NCBI GenBank assembly: GCA_039096225.1 | Contig: JBBPEB010000014.1 | Coordinates: 496,001-560,000, forward strand | DNA length: 64,000 bases | Source of the DNA: Blastocystis sp. Blastoise | Taxonomy: Eukaryota > Protista > Bigyra: Opalinata | Reading direction: 5' to 3' | Shown here: piece after piece, positions 14,804 to 34,008 of the stretch | How positions within the stretch are numbered: position 1 is the first letter of the stretch | Layout of the letters: each line of letters starts with the position of its first letter | The notes under the pieces: model-generated | The model's input: the letters and a program-made list of their open reading frames with translations, nothing else | Told to the model about the DNA's origin: nothing | Databases searched by the model: none | Program-made: the position numbers and the translations under genes

Positions 14804-16555
14804 TTCGTAAAGATCTTAAGAATAAAGAGATCATGTTAATTGATAGTCCTGGTATGATTGATAATCCTGCAGTCACTAGTGATCATTCTAATAAGTATAT
14901 ATATATATATTAGTAATGATAATAATATATTTTTCTATATTATGTATTAACAATTCATTTACATTTTTTTTTATTAGATCGCTTAAATAAATATATAATA
15001 ACAATATATCTTTATTATTATATAATAAAATTTTTCTCTTTTATTTTCTTCTTATATCTATTCTATCTCTAGAGATCGTGGATATAACTTTATGGGAGTT
15101 ACTCGTTGGTTTGCTGAACGTTGCGATTTAATTCTTTTCTTTTTTGATCCTGATAAGCCAGGTACTACAGGAGAAACACTAAATGCTCTTGTTACAGCTC
15201 TTAACGGATTAGATTATAAATTATGTATTCTTTTAAATAAAGTTGATTTATTTACTAAAGTACATGATTTTGGTCGATCTTATGGTAGTTTAGCTTGGAA
15301 TTTAGCTAAGATTATACCTCGTAAAGATATGCCCTTAATCTATACTATGTGTGTACCACATGGAGATAAAGATAAAGAAGAATTAAATAGCGCTGTTCCT
15401 CTAGTTGATTTGAGAGGTACTCGTGATGAAGTTATAACGAAATTAAATGAATTACCCGTTAAACGTATGGATAATATGATTAGTCGATTATTAGAAGTAA
15501 CCAATCAAATAGATATGCATTGTAATGTAGGTTATATATATATATATATAACATTAGTGTTTTATTATTATTATTATTTTATTATTTCATATATATTGTT
15601 TTTAGTATTTTTTATATATTAATTGAATTCTCTATTATTTATATATATATCTATATCTATATATATATATAATTCTAGATTCTCAATTATATTAGTGCTA
15701 AGCAGCAATCCCTTCGTTGGAAGATCCTTCTTGCACCTTCTCTCGTTTCTATACTTGGTTTAGGATCAACTTTCCTCTTATGGTATATATATATATATAT
15801 TCATAATAGTTTTTTTGGATAATAATAATAATTATTATATATTATATTATATTATAATAAATATCTAGAATATCCATTATATTATATATAATAATTATAT
15901 ATATATATTCCATATTCTTTATACATCTCTATAGGGAAAATATGGGATTAGTAGCGTCTACCGTTGGAATAATGGCGGGAACCAGTCTTGTTTTACCTGC
16001 TTGCTGGTACTTCTTCTCTTTAACGAAGTATATTTATTATTCTATACATTCTTTAGTATTCTTGATACTTACATATATATATATATTATCTATTATTCTT
16101 ATCTAGAGGAAAAAGAGAATTAAGAAGACTATGTACAGATAGTGGAATTGATAGTATATATAAGATACTTTACCGCGGGGAATTCACAAATGATGAATAT
16201 TTTGATTCTATATATAGTACTGTAAAACTATCGATTAAAAAAGCATTATCAACATATAAAAACACAAAAATACCTAAGGTAAGATCTATTATTATTATTA
16301 TCATACTTATAAACATAATATTATAAACATAATATTATAAAATATTATAAAATATTATAAACGAAATATAATAACAAAATATATAACATAATATTATAAA
16401 TATATATTATAAATATTTTCCATATATAGATACCTTCTTCTGACTTAAAGAAATTAGATTTCATTATTAATCACGATTATCCGCGTTTAAGAAGAGAAAC
16501 TTCACCTGAACGAGCTGGAGATGATAAAATTATTAATAGTCGTTTATTAGAATAA
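13754..16555 (+). CDS. Dynamin-superfamily (EHD/sarcalumenin-type) GTPase with mitochondrial presequence-like N-terminus and C-terminal TM hairpin; resembles kinetoplastid MfnL/DBF
   Basis: G1 GNHSSGKS, G2 APTDDSFT, G3 IDSPG, DRGYNF, G4 NKVD. N-terminus MFTRFRPALRNKVLLQSTTKLINYRTFA is Arg-rich with no acidic residues. Two hydrophobic helices at about 15720-16020; no EH domain. Ten exons. Confidence 0.8.
13985..14216. repeat. Intronic minisatellite, about 22-bp unit (TTTCTTTTATAATT(A/C)(G/A)ATAATA-like), about 10 degenerate copies
   Basis: Visible tandem array filling intron 2 of the dynamin-like gene up to the acceptor. Confidence 0.8.
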
Positions 16556-17338
16556 ATCTATAAAATATATTTATATGCATAATTTATTCATTAATACAGT
16601 TTCTTTTTTCATTGTTATTATATCTCTTCTTCTTCTTCTTTTTTGTTTTTGTTTATGCTTTTTAAATTTATTGTTGTTTTCGTATCTATATGATTTAGTT
16701 TATTAATTATACTTCTTTGATTATTATAATCATATCATTAGTTTTTTTTAATTTTTTGTGATTATGGTCTTTTAATTTCTGTTTCTCTTTGTAACATGAA
16801 AAAAAGCATTTTAAAACAATTATTATTTTTGCACATACTTATATTTTTTTTTAGATCAAATAAAATCTAAAAGAATCCAAGTATAAACTATTTTTGTAAA
16901 AAATAAGATTTTTGACAAAAGAAACGTAGTTTTCACATAAAGATATTGTAGGGATCTTAATAAAGTAGTATAGTTTTCTATAAAATAGAAGAAAAATAAA
17001 TATCAGCAAAAGTCTTGTTCTCAAATATAAAAAAATAATATAAAAAATAAATACGTGTATGTAAACAATAAATCTAAAAGAATAAATTAAAATAATAAAA
17101 ATTATACTAAAAATAATTTCATTCGAATAATACAAAAATAATATGATAATTAGAATCATTTCTTATTTCTGTTTAAATTTGATATCTAATTACCAAAAAC
17201 CAAATAACAACAATTATAAAACAATATATGAAAGAAACTAGAAAGGTAAATAAATAAAATGTTTTATTGAAAAACAACAGTAAATGACAAAGAATAGAGA
17301 ATCAAACCAAATCTTTTTTTAAAATAAAATATAGAATC

Positions 17339-17378
<40 letters not shown>

Positions 17379-18529
17379 TCGAATTAAGAATCATAATAAA
17401 ATTATTTCAACAATATTATTAATGTATAGTAAGTATATACATAAATAAAGTAGATAATATAAAACATAACTAATATATATATCAAATAGCAATAATACTA
17501 TATATATAATTATCATTTATATAAACAAGCCATTAAAAAAATACAAAAAGAAAAACAAATTAAAATATATATACATATTTGTATATGATTAATAGACAAT
17601 TCCTTATATATAATACTTATATAATATATAATTATTATATTATAATAATCTTATATGATTCATAAATGAGATTATTTATAATAATAGTATACCCTATTTA
17701 TAGTAATAATAATAGATAAATGATACTATATACATATATAAATAAAACAGGTATAAAAATAATGAAAACAATATGTATAAATAGAAAATGATAATAATAT
17801 AACTCTATATATATATATTTACAAATATTAAATACAAATAAATAATTACAGATTAAAAAAAACAATAATCGCCTTGATGCACATCAAAATAGAAAGATAT
17901 ATATGTATATAATATAAAAATAAATAAACACATTATTAAATATATATATATATATATAAATACATATATAATGTATAAACAGTACGAATTATAAGTGAAT
18001 GTTTATACAATTATACATATATATAGGTATGCTTGAAAACAGAAGAATATTAAACAAATATAGCATATAAATAAATAATCCATATATTATATATACATAC
18101 ATAATTGGTATAGCCACTTGTATGAAACAATATATATATATATACACTATTAATGTAAATGATAATAGATATTAATAGAACAAAATAAGAAAGATTTTCT
18201 GTTTTATAAAATTAAAGTTAAAAAACGATAAAATGAAGCATTAAAAATAAGTCTAAATGGAAATATAATTAAAAAACATATAAATACGAATAATACTTAT
18301 TAAGATAATAAATATAAACGATAATAAAAAAGCATATATAAGGAAAAAGGAATAAATATAAAAGATGTGTAGAGTATGTGCATATTAGTTAGAATTATTT
18401 AGTAATATAAAGATAAAGAAAAAGAGAGCAAATAAAAACAAAATGTTATAAACGGAAAAACAATTATGAAAAAAAAATTAAGAAATTCAATTTTCTACAT
18501 ATATAAAGAAGATAAATTAGTTGAATATA

Positions 18530-23047
<4,518 letters not shown>

Positions 23048-24044
23048 TTGCACAGCATCAACATGTTCTAAGGTCTTTCCATTTTCAAAATAATGACTAT
23101 TTAGCAAATTGAATAAAATACAATAAATAAATTAATACAGTTTTGAATTATTTTTGTTCTCACCTCTCTCAATAATGTTTTCCTAAATAAATACACTATA
23201 AACTAGCAATGAAAAAAAATACAAGAGATGATCGTTGGTTGTTTTTCCTTGACATCATATTAAGGAAACTCTAAGCAATTTTAGATTATATAATAAATAA
23301 GAAACTATATTAAATAAGAATAACTAGAGTAATTCTTTTTCTTAATTTTTTTTTGGATGAGGAAATGTCAATTCATACTTGGTTTCTTTCTCGTGAAAAA
23401 AACGTTGTTCGTTGTTATTTTATGTAAATTACCATGGAACATACTATTTCGTATCCTTTTCATATAGATTTTATTCTCTCGACAAAAAACGTAGTAACCG
23501 TCACAATTATTATTTGAAAGGCAAGTTACATGATTTTTTTATGGTTTTATTCACATTAGATTCTTCTTGGAGAAAAACACAAATTTTTCTTTTTCTTTTC
23601 TAATTTGAAGAAAAAACTGTTTTATTCTATTTTGATAAACATATTTTATTGGTCTACATATTACTATATAAATATATGTTTTATAAAGTTTATCACGCGA
23701 AAAATATCAAAATGGCTTCATTTAATCGCTACTATTTGTCATAGTTTATTTACATCTCACGCAAAATAGTAATTCCTTCATATCTCATTGAAAAATACAT
23801 AAGAAGAAACATGCATATTTTTGATATTTCATAAATGTTGCATAGTTTTTATTTTTACGCATTATAATAGCCGGGAAGAAACTCACATTATGTGAATTAT
23901 GGTATGTAGATAACGAATTAATGCGAAAGGGGAATACAAACTACATGACTGATTTTTGCTGATTTAATTTCAGTTATTAATTAGAATTGTACTTATTGAG
24001 TATATGAATCAATTATAAGACTATTCGATTATTAAATCTGTTCC

Positions 24045-24973
24045 ATGAGTTTATTTTCAAAGGAATTTACGTCACATAAAGTACATAATGATAGTTTCTT
24101 GTGACTATTTTTCTAGACATCATCCAAGGTTCCAGGCCGATACATATCTAAAAAGGAGAAAAAAGCTATGGAGTCTGTAGTGCATGAGAAATATGATGAT
24201 GTTACAACAATTGTATGTTTTTTATTTTTTTTTTTTCACTCTCTTAGAAAGATTTCACGTCATTCATATGTCCTCCAGATTATCTAATTAAACAATCACA
24301 AAAGTATATATTTTTATGACGATTTATACCATAATTTTCGTTTAGGTCTATAAAACAGTCATTGATTGCATCTTCTGTTGTCCGAGATTACTCAGATTAT
24401 ACAAAGGGTGTGAACCATGTTAGATGGAATCCTCAATATGGACATTTATTGGCATCATGTTCGATGGACTCATTTTGCCATATACATAGCGTATTTCCTG
24501 ATCATGGATCTATAATGACTATAAAACATGAAGATATTATCAAGGATATTCGTTGGAATTTTGATGGAAGCAAAGTATTATATATATATATATATATATA
24601 TATATTTTTAATCTTTTTTTTATTTCCTTATATAGTTGTTAACAGGAAGTAAAGATAAAACTGTGAAATATATAGATGTTCAAACAGGTAAAACAATTTG
24701 CAGTTATCCTCATAAAGAGTATTTTTATCATATATATATATATAAGAAATTTTAATTTTTTTTTCTTTCATTAATAAGTATCTTTTTAACTTTTAATGTA
24801 TATAATTATAGTTCTATTTCAAGTGTATGTTTTCATCCTTCTAATCCTTCCTTCTTCCTGGCAGGTGGTGAAACGAAAGGAATAGTTTGTTGGGATATTC
24901 GACTAAACAAGGTAATCGGCAGTTTTTATGATGTTTTTGGAACTGTAGAAGATCTTGCTTTTACAGATGTATA

Positions 24974-25008
<35 letters not shown>

Positions 25009-25995
25009 TTTGTTATTAAGATTTCTGTATTCATTATGTATATATTTGATCATGTGATGTTGATAGGATATATATAATTATGTTTATTTATATTGTTACT
25101 ATCTTAATATATTAAAAATATTATCTATTTATATAAATTATGTATTCTAAAATCATATAATACAGAACAATATACATATATATATAAACTATAGAAAACA
25201 GGTAATACGTTTATTTCTTCTGCAGATATTCTTCGAAAGAATTCTACAGATAGAGGATTAATAGCATGGGACTTTAATAAAGTATATATATGTATATTAT
25301 AACTATTATTAATATATATATGTATATATTATTATTATTATATATATATATATATATATAATACAACTACGTATCGAAATTATTATTTTTCTTACTTCTA
25401 TATATATAGCATCTAAAAATATCGAATCAAATATATATGGAAGGGTTTAATTGTACCTCTCTTTGTGTTCATCCTACAATGAATATATTTGCTGCACAAA
25501 GTAATGGTAACTATATATGTCTTGCGCAATCAATTCCACCATTTAAATTAAATTTAATTAAAGTATTTTATGATTTATATATATATAACATGAGATATTG
25601 TTTTTTATTTATTCATATGAATTCAATATCTTTCTTAATTTAGTATCCTATTTTTTATTCTAAATATATATATATATTACTATTCTATGATTGATCTTAT
25701 TCTAAATACTTTTATAAAGAGATTTGAAGGTCATAATTGTAGTGGCTATAAAATAGGTTGTTGTTGGTCTTCTGATGGAAATCTTTTACTTACAGGTTCT
25801 TCAGATGGTCTTTTATATTATTATAATTCGAATTCTGCTAAAATTATTTATAGAAAGAAATTATCTAATCAAGTTCTTACAGATGTTGATTATCATCCTT
25901 GTCTTAATGGAATTGTTGCAGTCTCAAGTTGGGACAAACATATTTATATATTAGATGCAAAAGAAAAGAATGAAAAGATTGATGACATACAATGA
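24045..25995 (+). CDS. WDR25: WD40 protein WDR25 (CDC40/Prp17-related)
   Basis: VPGRYISKKEK; TKGVNHVRWNPQYGHLLASCSMD; SNQIYMEGFNCTSLCVHP..NIFAAQSNGNYI; KRFEGHNCSGYKIGC. Nine exons. Confidence 0.8.
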
Positions 25996-26281
25996 TTTTC
26001 TCATTATTTATATATTTATTTATTATTCTTCTTCTATTTATTATTTTTAGTTGAATTTGTTGCTATGAATATTACCTGTTTTGTTGTTTAATATAAAAAT
26101 ATCTATATTCAATAATATAGATACATAAAATAGAAATGAAAAACATAAATGTAAATTTCTTTTAATATAATATATTGTATTGAATTCATGACAATCAATA
26201 CAATGAATCAAACATAAACGACCTATTGTTTACAAAAATAAACTAAAATTTAAAAAACATTTTCTTTTCAAATTCTCATTC

Positions 26282-29007
26282 ATGAATAGTCAGTCCCTTA
26301 TTCAACTACGAAATTATGTTAATCGCTGTATACAATCGGATGATTGGGTTAGCACGTCATTTTATCTTGAAAAATTAATATGATCTCAATGAAACGCTTT
26401 TTTAAACTGTATAGATTTGTCTTAGTGATTCTGAAGAAGATTTTAATCTCTATATTCAATGTTTGATGAACTTAAAAGAATATCGGATCACATTTCATCT
26501 TCTTGAAGAGTATTAATACATATTCATTGATTCATTTTTGTGTTTCTAAACTTATAGACGCAATCTGATTGATATAAATATTCAAAATATACATTATATA
26601 ACATTAGCGTCACAATGTCTCGTATATTTTATGTTTTTCTTCTTATTTAGGAGTTCATGATAAATTTTTATAAATATTCATAGTTCCATCTCCAAGATTA
26701 TCAGAAATGTAAAAGTCTTCTAGATCAAGCACATTCATTTTTAAAGCAATTCAAATCTTTTGCAGATGATTTTATTTCTTTTGATTATTCTCGTATTTTA
26801 TGTTTACGAGCACGAATCTATGAAATTGAAGATAATATTTTACAAGCAAAATCTATGTATTTGATCACTTTTTCTGCATTATAATTATTTCTTTCAATTT
26901 TTTATTAGGTATATATTAGCATTACAATATGATAGTATGAATTGGGAAGCTGAACAAAAGTTGTCCGATACTTATATCTCTAGTAATGATATGATTTCAT
27001 TAATTACTAAGAATTGGAATCAAAAAATAAATCCTTTTTTTAAATATTCCTTAGAGGACTGGTCATGGATCAATGAATTATTTACTATATACTTGAATAA
27101 AGAGAAATCATTTCAATTATCTTCGACTCCTGTATATATCTATTGATTCACTATTTATAGTGATATACCTATAGATAATGAATCAATTATCCTTAAAAAG
27201 TGCGGATATTATTCTATGGAAAGCTATTTACTCTTTCTATCAGTATGATTATCTACAGACAATTATATTAGCAAAACAGTATATTTTTATTTAGTATCAA
27301 TATGTTCTTTTTCTGTTATACTCTTTGTTTTTCTATTATTATTTTATGTTTCATTTATATTATAAATACATGGTCTACTTTTTCTTTTTTATATTTGTTT
27401 TAAATTGTTCTTGATTTCACTTGTTTGTATCCATATAACATAATAATATAGATGTATACAATCAAATACAATCTCTATATATCCATATATATACCTTTCA
27501 TCATCTCTTCTGCTTACAAATAATAAGGTAGATTTATTCTCCTTAGCAACATCTCTTTTAGAAATGTATATCAAGAATTATAAGAAAATTATATTTTTAT
27601 TTAAATTATATAATTTTTATATATTTATAAATTTATTTATTTATTTATTTATTTATATTTATTTATTTATATTTATTTATATTTATTTATTTATATTTAT
27701 TTATTTATATTTATTTATTTATTTATTTATTTATATTTATTTATTTATATTTATATATACATATTTATTTATTTATTTATTTATTTATAGATCTCCAGAT
27801 ACAAAAATTACGTTATATGTATTATCATGCTATTATGTACTTATAAAAGATTATATAAAAGCACGTATGTATATTCAAAAATGTATAACAAAAGAATATT
27901 CATTTCTTCCTTCTTGGATTCTTCTTGCTTATACATGTAATTTACAAGTATATATATATATTTATTTATTTTTTAAATATAATAATTAGTTTCCATCTTT
28001 TGTTTATTTATGTATTATATGATTATTTATTATTCTTAATCTGTATTATGATAACCTACTATTCGTATATAGAAAGAAAGAGGTCATGTAATAACTGCTT
28101 TATCCTCAGCTGTTACTCACTCTCCAACTAATTATATACCACTTCTGTCTCTCTCAAGAGAATATATTCTCAACCATAATTATATTCTAGCAGCTCAAGT
28201 ATATTATATATTATAATATAGATTTTATTCAATAATATATTATACTATAAATAGTATATTCTATATATAACTAACATAATAATATCAAGTATATATATAT
28301 ATTACTAGTGTCTTACTCAATGTTTATCATTAAATACAACGGATCCCCTTGTATATAATGAATTAGGGATCATTTATTATTATAATAAAGATTATAAACG
28401 AGCTATTGAATTATTCCTAAAGGCTATAGACATTATTTCTACATTACCATTTGTATATATTTACTGTTATAAATATTATTTATAATGTACTTTCTTTTTA
28501 TTTCTATTTATTCTATAACTCATATTTATAGAGGTTGAAAACAAAATGGATTTGTTTATTTGAAAATCTAAGTAGTATATATAGAGAAATTGGTGAATAT
28601 AAGCAAGCAGTCTATATTTTAGATCAAGCAACTATTATAGGTGGTTCTTCTATTGTATATATATATTATATTATATTATTTATATTTATTTATTTATATT
28701 ATATCATATTATATTTATATTATATTATATTATATTATATCTATTTATATTATATTATATTATTTATATCATATTATATTATTTATATTATATTATATAT
28801 ATGTATTATCATGATTGCCTATTTTTTACATCTATATTGATTTAGAATACTTGTATCTTTAATACTGAAAAAGGGTACATATATCATTTACAGGATGATT
28901 TACTAAATGCTATTGCATATTATAATAAAGGTCTTAATTTAGATCCAACTAATCAACTGACACAAAAACTATTAATTAAAGCTGTAGATAGACTCTCTAT
29001 GAAATAA
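26282..29007 (+). CDS. CDC16: Anaphase-promoting complex subunit 6 (TPR protein)
   Basis: LRNYVNRCI...SFYLEKL..LS; TPR repeats; DPLVYNELGIIYYYNKDYKRA; G.IYHLQDDL..AI.YYNKGL.L.P. Twelve exons; intron 1 is non-GT. Confidence 0.85.
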
Positions 29008-29169
29008 TTTTCTTTAGCATTTTTAACACGTATAAAGCTTTGTTTATTTTATTTTGCATGATTATAACACAACTCTACAATATAAATTGACTATCAATAT
29101 AATCAACATTATTTATTCGATGAGGAAAAGAGAAAAATTGAAAAACAAACAAAAACATACTTTTTTAAA

Positions 29170-29465
29170 TTATTTAGAAGGAATAGAAACAAGCTTGATG
29201 GTATCTTCACCCTTTAATGTAGCGACTGACAATACCGAACTCCAGTTTTTATAGACAGCACACATTTCTATTAAAAAAATAGTTCATAAGCATAATATCA
29301 TAGCAAATGATAATATATAATGTTCACTCTATATTTTAGTTTCATACCTTCTGCAGAACTCTCCATTATTTTGAATTGTTTAGAGATATCCTCCATACTC
29401 TTGACTAATTGTTCGGATGCAGCATGTAAGGTCTTGATAAATTTGAGTTCTTCGCTCTTATCCAT
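29170..29465 (-). CDS. DAD2: DASH/Dam1 kinetochore complex subunit Dad2 (missed by the ORF track)
   Basis: Two exons give MDKSEELKFIKTLHAASEQLVKSMEDISKQFKIMESSAEEMCAVYKNWSSVLSVATLKGEDTIKLVSIPSK, matching the Dad2 pattern EL..L...S..L...L..I...F..M......V..NW..V and C-terminal LV.IP. Confidence 0.75.
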
Positions 29466-29731
29466 TATATTCTTTCTATAATAAGGGATATTTAATGTTT
29501 AAAAATAGTGAAAATGAAAATGTTGTTTCCCTTATAATTTATTCAAAGTTCACCCATCAATTTGAATTTTCCCAGAAAAGTTAAATTTATTATTTCTTTG
29601 TTATTTGTGTGCTCTACATTCAGTAATTCATTCTTATTATTGCTAAGTTTTTTATAAATTGTGCTTGGTAAGGCTGTCGCGTCATCAAAAAGAACTTGAT
29701 ATATAGAATTAACTCTTCATCTACTGAAAAC

Positions 29732-30794
29732 ATGGAACCAGAACCTAATAAAGACGATGATCCTCATACTATAATGAAACAATTACAAGATAAGGCAGTA
29801 GAAGTGAATAATATACGAGCAAAACTCAATGTATGTGTTCTCTATTATTCTTAAACTGTTATCGATTATTCTTATGTCGTCGTATATAGGAGCAAAAGGA
29901 TAAATTAGCGAATTTAACTATTTCGATAGAAAAAAAAGCAAAACAAACACATCAAGCGTTAAAAGATAAAGAAAAGCAACTGAAAGAATTAGAAAAATCA
30001 TTAAAAGCGTATTTATATAGATGAATATATTTATATAATAAATAAATATTTATATAATAAATAAATAATTATAAAATAAATATATTTTTATAATAAATAT
30101 ATTTTTATAATAAATATATTTATAGACGTGAAGAAGAATTATTTCAAAGAGAAGAACAATTGAATCAGTATATAGCAAATGGTCAACAAGGAAATTACTT
30201 ACAACTGTCAAATGATTATGTATATAGTTAAATATAGATCTATATATGTATTCATGATAATTGTTACATGAAAGAATTACAATAGTTCTATTCTTTATAT
30301 ATAGTCAAAATTACAGACTCAATATGAACAATTATTAAATACTTATACTGCTTATAAGCAGCATGTTGAAGTAAATGAAGCTACTATTCAATATAACGAT
30401 CAAGGTATACATTCTATTATTAGTGACGCTTTTAATATACTCTATTTTTAAATAATAATATTTATTTTGATATATAAGGACTATATACATACTATGATTT
30501 ATTATAATATTCTATTATTTCTAATTCTAGAAAGAATTCGATTAGCTCAACAATCTCAATCGTTACAACAACGAGAGACACAATTAAATAATTGGTTTAT
30601 TGGTGAAAAGTCTAAATTTGATACTGAGTTAAATATTCAACGTCAGCAATTCTTAAAAGACAGTCAACAGGAAAAAGAATCAATTCTCAAGGGAAAAGAA
30701 TCATTAAGACTACAATCAGCAGAATTAAGAAGAAGAGAAGAACAAATTGAAAAACGTGAAGAAGAATTAGATCAAGTATATATATATAGAATTG

Positions 30795-30835
<41 letters not shown>

Positions 30836-33222
30836 TTTACATTGTTGAAATAATTAATATATATATATTTTTCTCATTTCTATATAATTAATATATATAT
30901 ATATATTTCTCATTTCTAAATAATTAATAAATATAGTCTGAGACCGCAATTCAGACTCGTCTGAAGGATATTGAAACTGCTGAGTCTTCTTTAAATTCTA
31001 CAAAACGTGAGTATGAAGAGAGATTGTTAAGTTTAGAAGAAGAGAAGAAACAAGTAGAGCAGAGAGAATTAGATATTGATAATATCATTAAAGAAAAAGA
31101 AAGTATATTCATAGAGTGTTTATATAACTATATATGCATTATTATTGTTTATTATTAATAGTCATAATCTTCTGTTTTATATTATTCAAATTAATACTAT
31201 TTATTTTTTATAATACTATGTTTATTTACGTATAATATATATATATATATATATATTAGATTCCTTATTAAATGAAAAGAAAGAAATAGAAGAACAACGA
31301 AGATCTTATTTACAAAAGAAAAATAATGATGAAAAACAACTTCTTGAAAAACAGAAAGAACTAGAATCAAAATCAATGTTACTTGACCAAAGGGAAAAGA
31401 AAATAGATTCTTCAGTATCTTGTTATTATTATATCTTATTATTATAAATCTTTTTATTATGGTTATTATAAATCTTATTATTATGATTATTATTATTATA
31501 AATCATTTATTATTATGATTATTATTATTATAAATCATTTATTATTATGATTATTATTATTATTTTTTTTTTTAATTTTTTATTAACATTATTATTATCA
31601 ACCATATTAAAAAACATTATTGTAATAAATCTATTGATGTCTCTTACATATATATTGTATATTATAAAGGAATCAGAAATGGTACAGAAACGACAAGAGT
31701 TACTTCAATTCATCGATCAAGTTAAACAAGGACATGAATCAGTTATTCAGTCTGAATATGACTTAAATCAACTGAAAAACGACTATAAGAAGAAACTAGA
31801 TGAATTGAATAACCGTGAACAAACCATATCAACACGTGAAAAAGATGCCTTTGAATTGAAATCAAATTATGATCATGTATATAATTAATCTCTCTATTTA
31901 TTATTATTATATTTATTAATATTATATTTATTATTATATTTATAATGTTTTATTATTATATTTAATAATATTTTTATTATTATATTTTTATTATTATATT
32001 TTTATTATTATATTTTTATTATTATATTTTTATTATTATATTTTTATTATTGCTATTATATTATTATTCAATATTTGACTTCTAATTATATATATATATT
32101 CATATATGAGTTTATGTATATACATATATCAATTCTAGTTACTAGATTCTTATTCACAATTAACGAAAGTGAATGAGTCCTTGAAACAACAATTATTAGA
32201 TCAAACACAAAAGAATAATGAGATATCTCAACAATCTAATAAGAATAATGAAGTGATTTCGTATTTTCAAACTCAAGCAGAATTAGAAAGAAAGAATAGT
32301 GAACAATTAAAATCTACGTTTTTATCCTTATCTTCTCAACTTCAAGAGAAAGATGTTTCTTTAGAACAAGCCACAAATTCTATTAATGAATTAAACCAAA
32401 TAATTCTAAATCAAAAAGAAATTATTGATAAACAGAATAACGATATATTTACACTTCAACAACAAGTCACTCAAACTTCAAATACATTAGATGACCTACA
32501 TAAAGAATATACACAATTAAGAGATTCGTTCTATGAATATAAAAAACAAAACGCTCTAACGGTGGCACCTAACCAAACAGAAAAACGTATTATTTTATTA
32601 TTTATTTCATTATATATATTATTTATATTATCTATTTATTATATTATTTGTTTGTATATTTTTATTATTAATTATTTTATGTTATTAATTGTTATATTTT
32701 TATTTTATTTTATTTTATTTTATTTTATTTTATTTTATTTTATTTTATTTTATTTTATTTTATTTTATTTTATTTTATTTTATTTTATTTTTTGGATTTA
32801 TATATATTTTATTGTTTAGATTATTTTTTAGATATACAAATATATTACTTTTTTATATCAACATACATATATATTAAGATCCATAATATATTTTATAAAT
32901 AACTTCATTATAATATTTTATTATTAACTATAGAGACTTCTTCTGGTCCTCAGTTTATTACTACTGCTCCTACCCCATTTTCTACGAATACTTCCTTTCT
33001 ACCTCCCTCCGTTCCTCTTACGATACCATCACAAGTATACAAGTCATTCATTCAACAAAAAGAAACTCAAAATCAGGGAAATTCATTATCCAATAGGAAT
33101 AATAATAATTCAGCAACGACCAATCAACTTGTTACTGTTCCAAATCAACGTATATTTAAAATAATTATAATCCTATTTAAAATAATTATAATCCTATTTA
33201 AAATAATTATAATCTTGTTTAA

Positions 33223-33313
<91 letters not shown>

Positions 33314-34008
33314 AGAATAGCATATATATGTATATAGAGATTTCTCCTGATTATATTTCTGTTTCATATAAATCACTCAAATCCAGATATATTAATTTTA
33401 CATCCATAACCAAGGATATCATACCTAAATTAAAACAGCATTGTATTTATTTATTTAATTCATCTATTTATTTATTTATTATTTTTATTAATCAATTTAT
33501 ATATTTTTCAATTTATATATTTTTCAATGCATGTAAGTCATCATTATATATATAGATAATAATCAACTACCTCCTTCTGTTCAGCAACTTATTGATTCTA
33601 TCGAACGTGAAAAGAATGGATTTGACAGTATTATGTCTCAATTCAGTCAAAGTTTACTTCAACCTGTTTCATCAACTTCGTTACTTCAACAAATGAATTA
33701 TATTCAATCACTAAATCCTATTTTAGGGCATATTGATACTTATTTATCGTCACTTCAAGAACAAGCAAGAAAGAATGGAATTTCAACATCACATATCTCT
33801 CTCTCTGATGTATATATATATATTGAAATTCATCTTTATATAGAACTATAATTAATATTCTTATTATACATATCTATTTAATTCTCTATAGTCTTCAGAT
33901 ATGTCGTTAACACTTGATACTGACACATCAAACACACAATCATTCTCTATAAATCAAAACACATTAACACCAATACATGAAGAATCACAAGATTCAAATA
34001 ATAACTAA
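29732..34008 (+). CDS. Long Glu/Gln/Lys-rich coiled-coil protein, function unknown (12 exons)
   Basis: Continuous heptad-like E/Q/K/L-rich frame across 11 GT-AG introns, with an S/T/P-rich tail. Confidence 0.8.

Noticed and set aside
16556-18529. 2-kb A-rich convergent spacer containing a 102-aa ORF
   Set aside because: Composition fits 3' UTR or intergenic DNA, and the ORF is low-complexity I/F/Y.
29144-29151. TGTTTGTT motif (Blastocystis polyadenylation-linked signal) 3' of DAD2; also at 35192 and 56445
   Set aside because: A handful of hits is expected by chance at this base composition, and every complete gene here has a genomic stop codon, so there is no evidence for poly(A)-completed stops.
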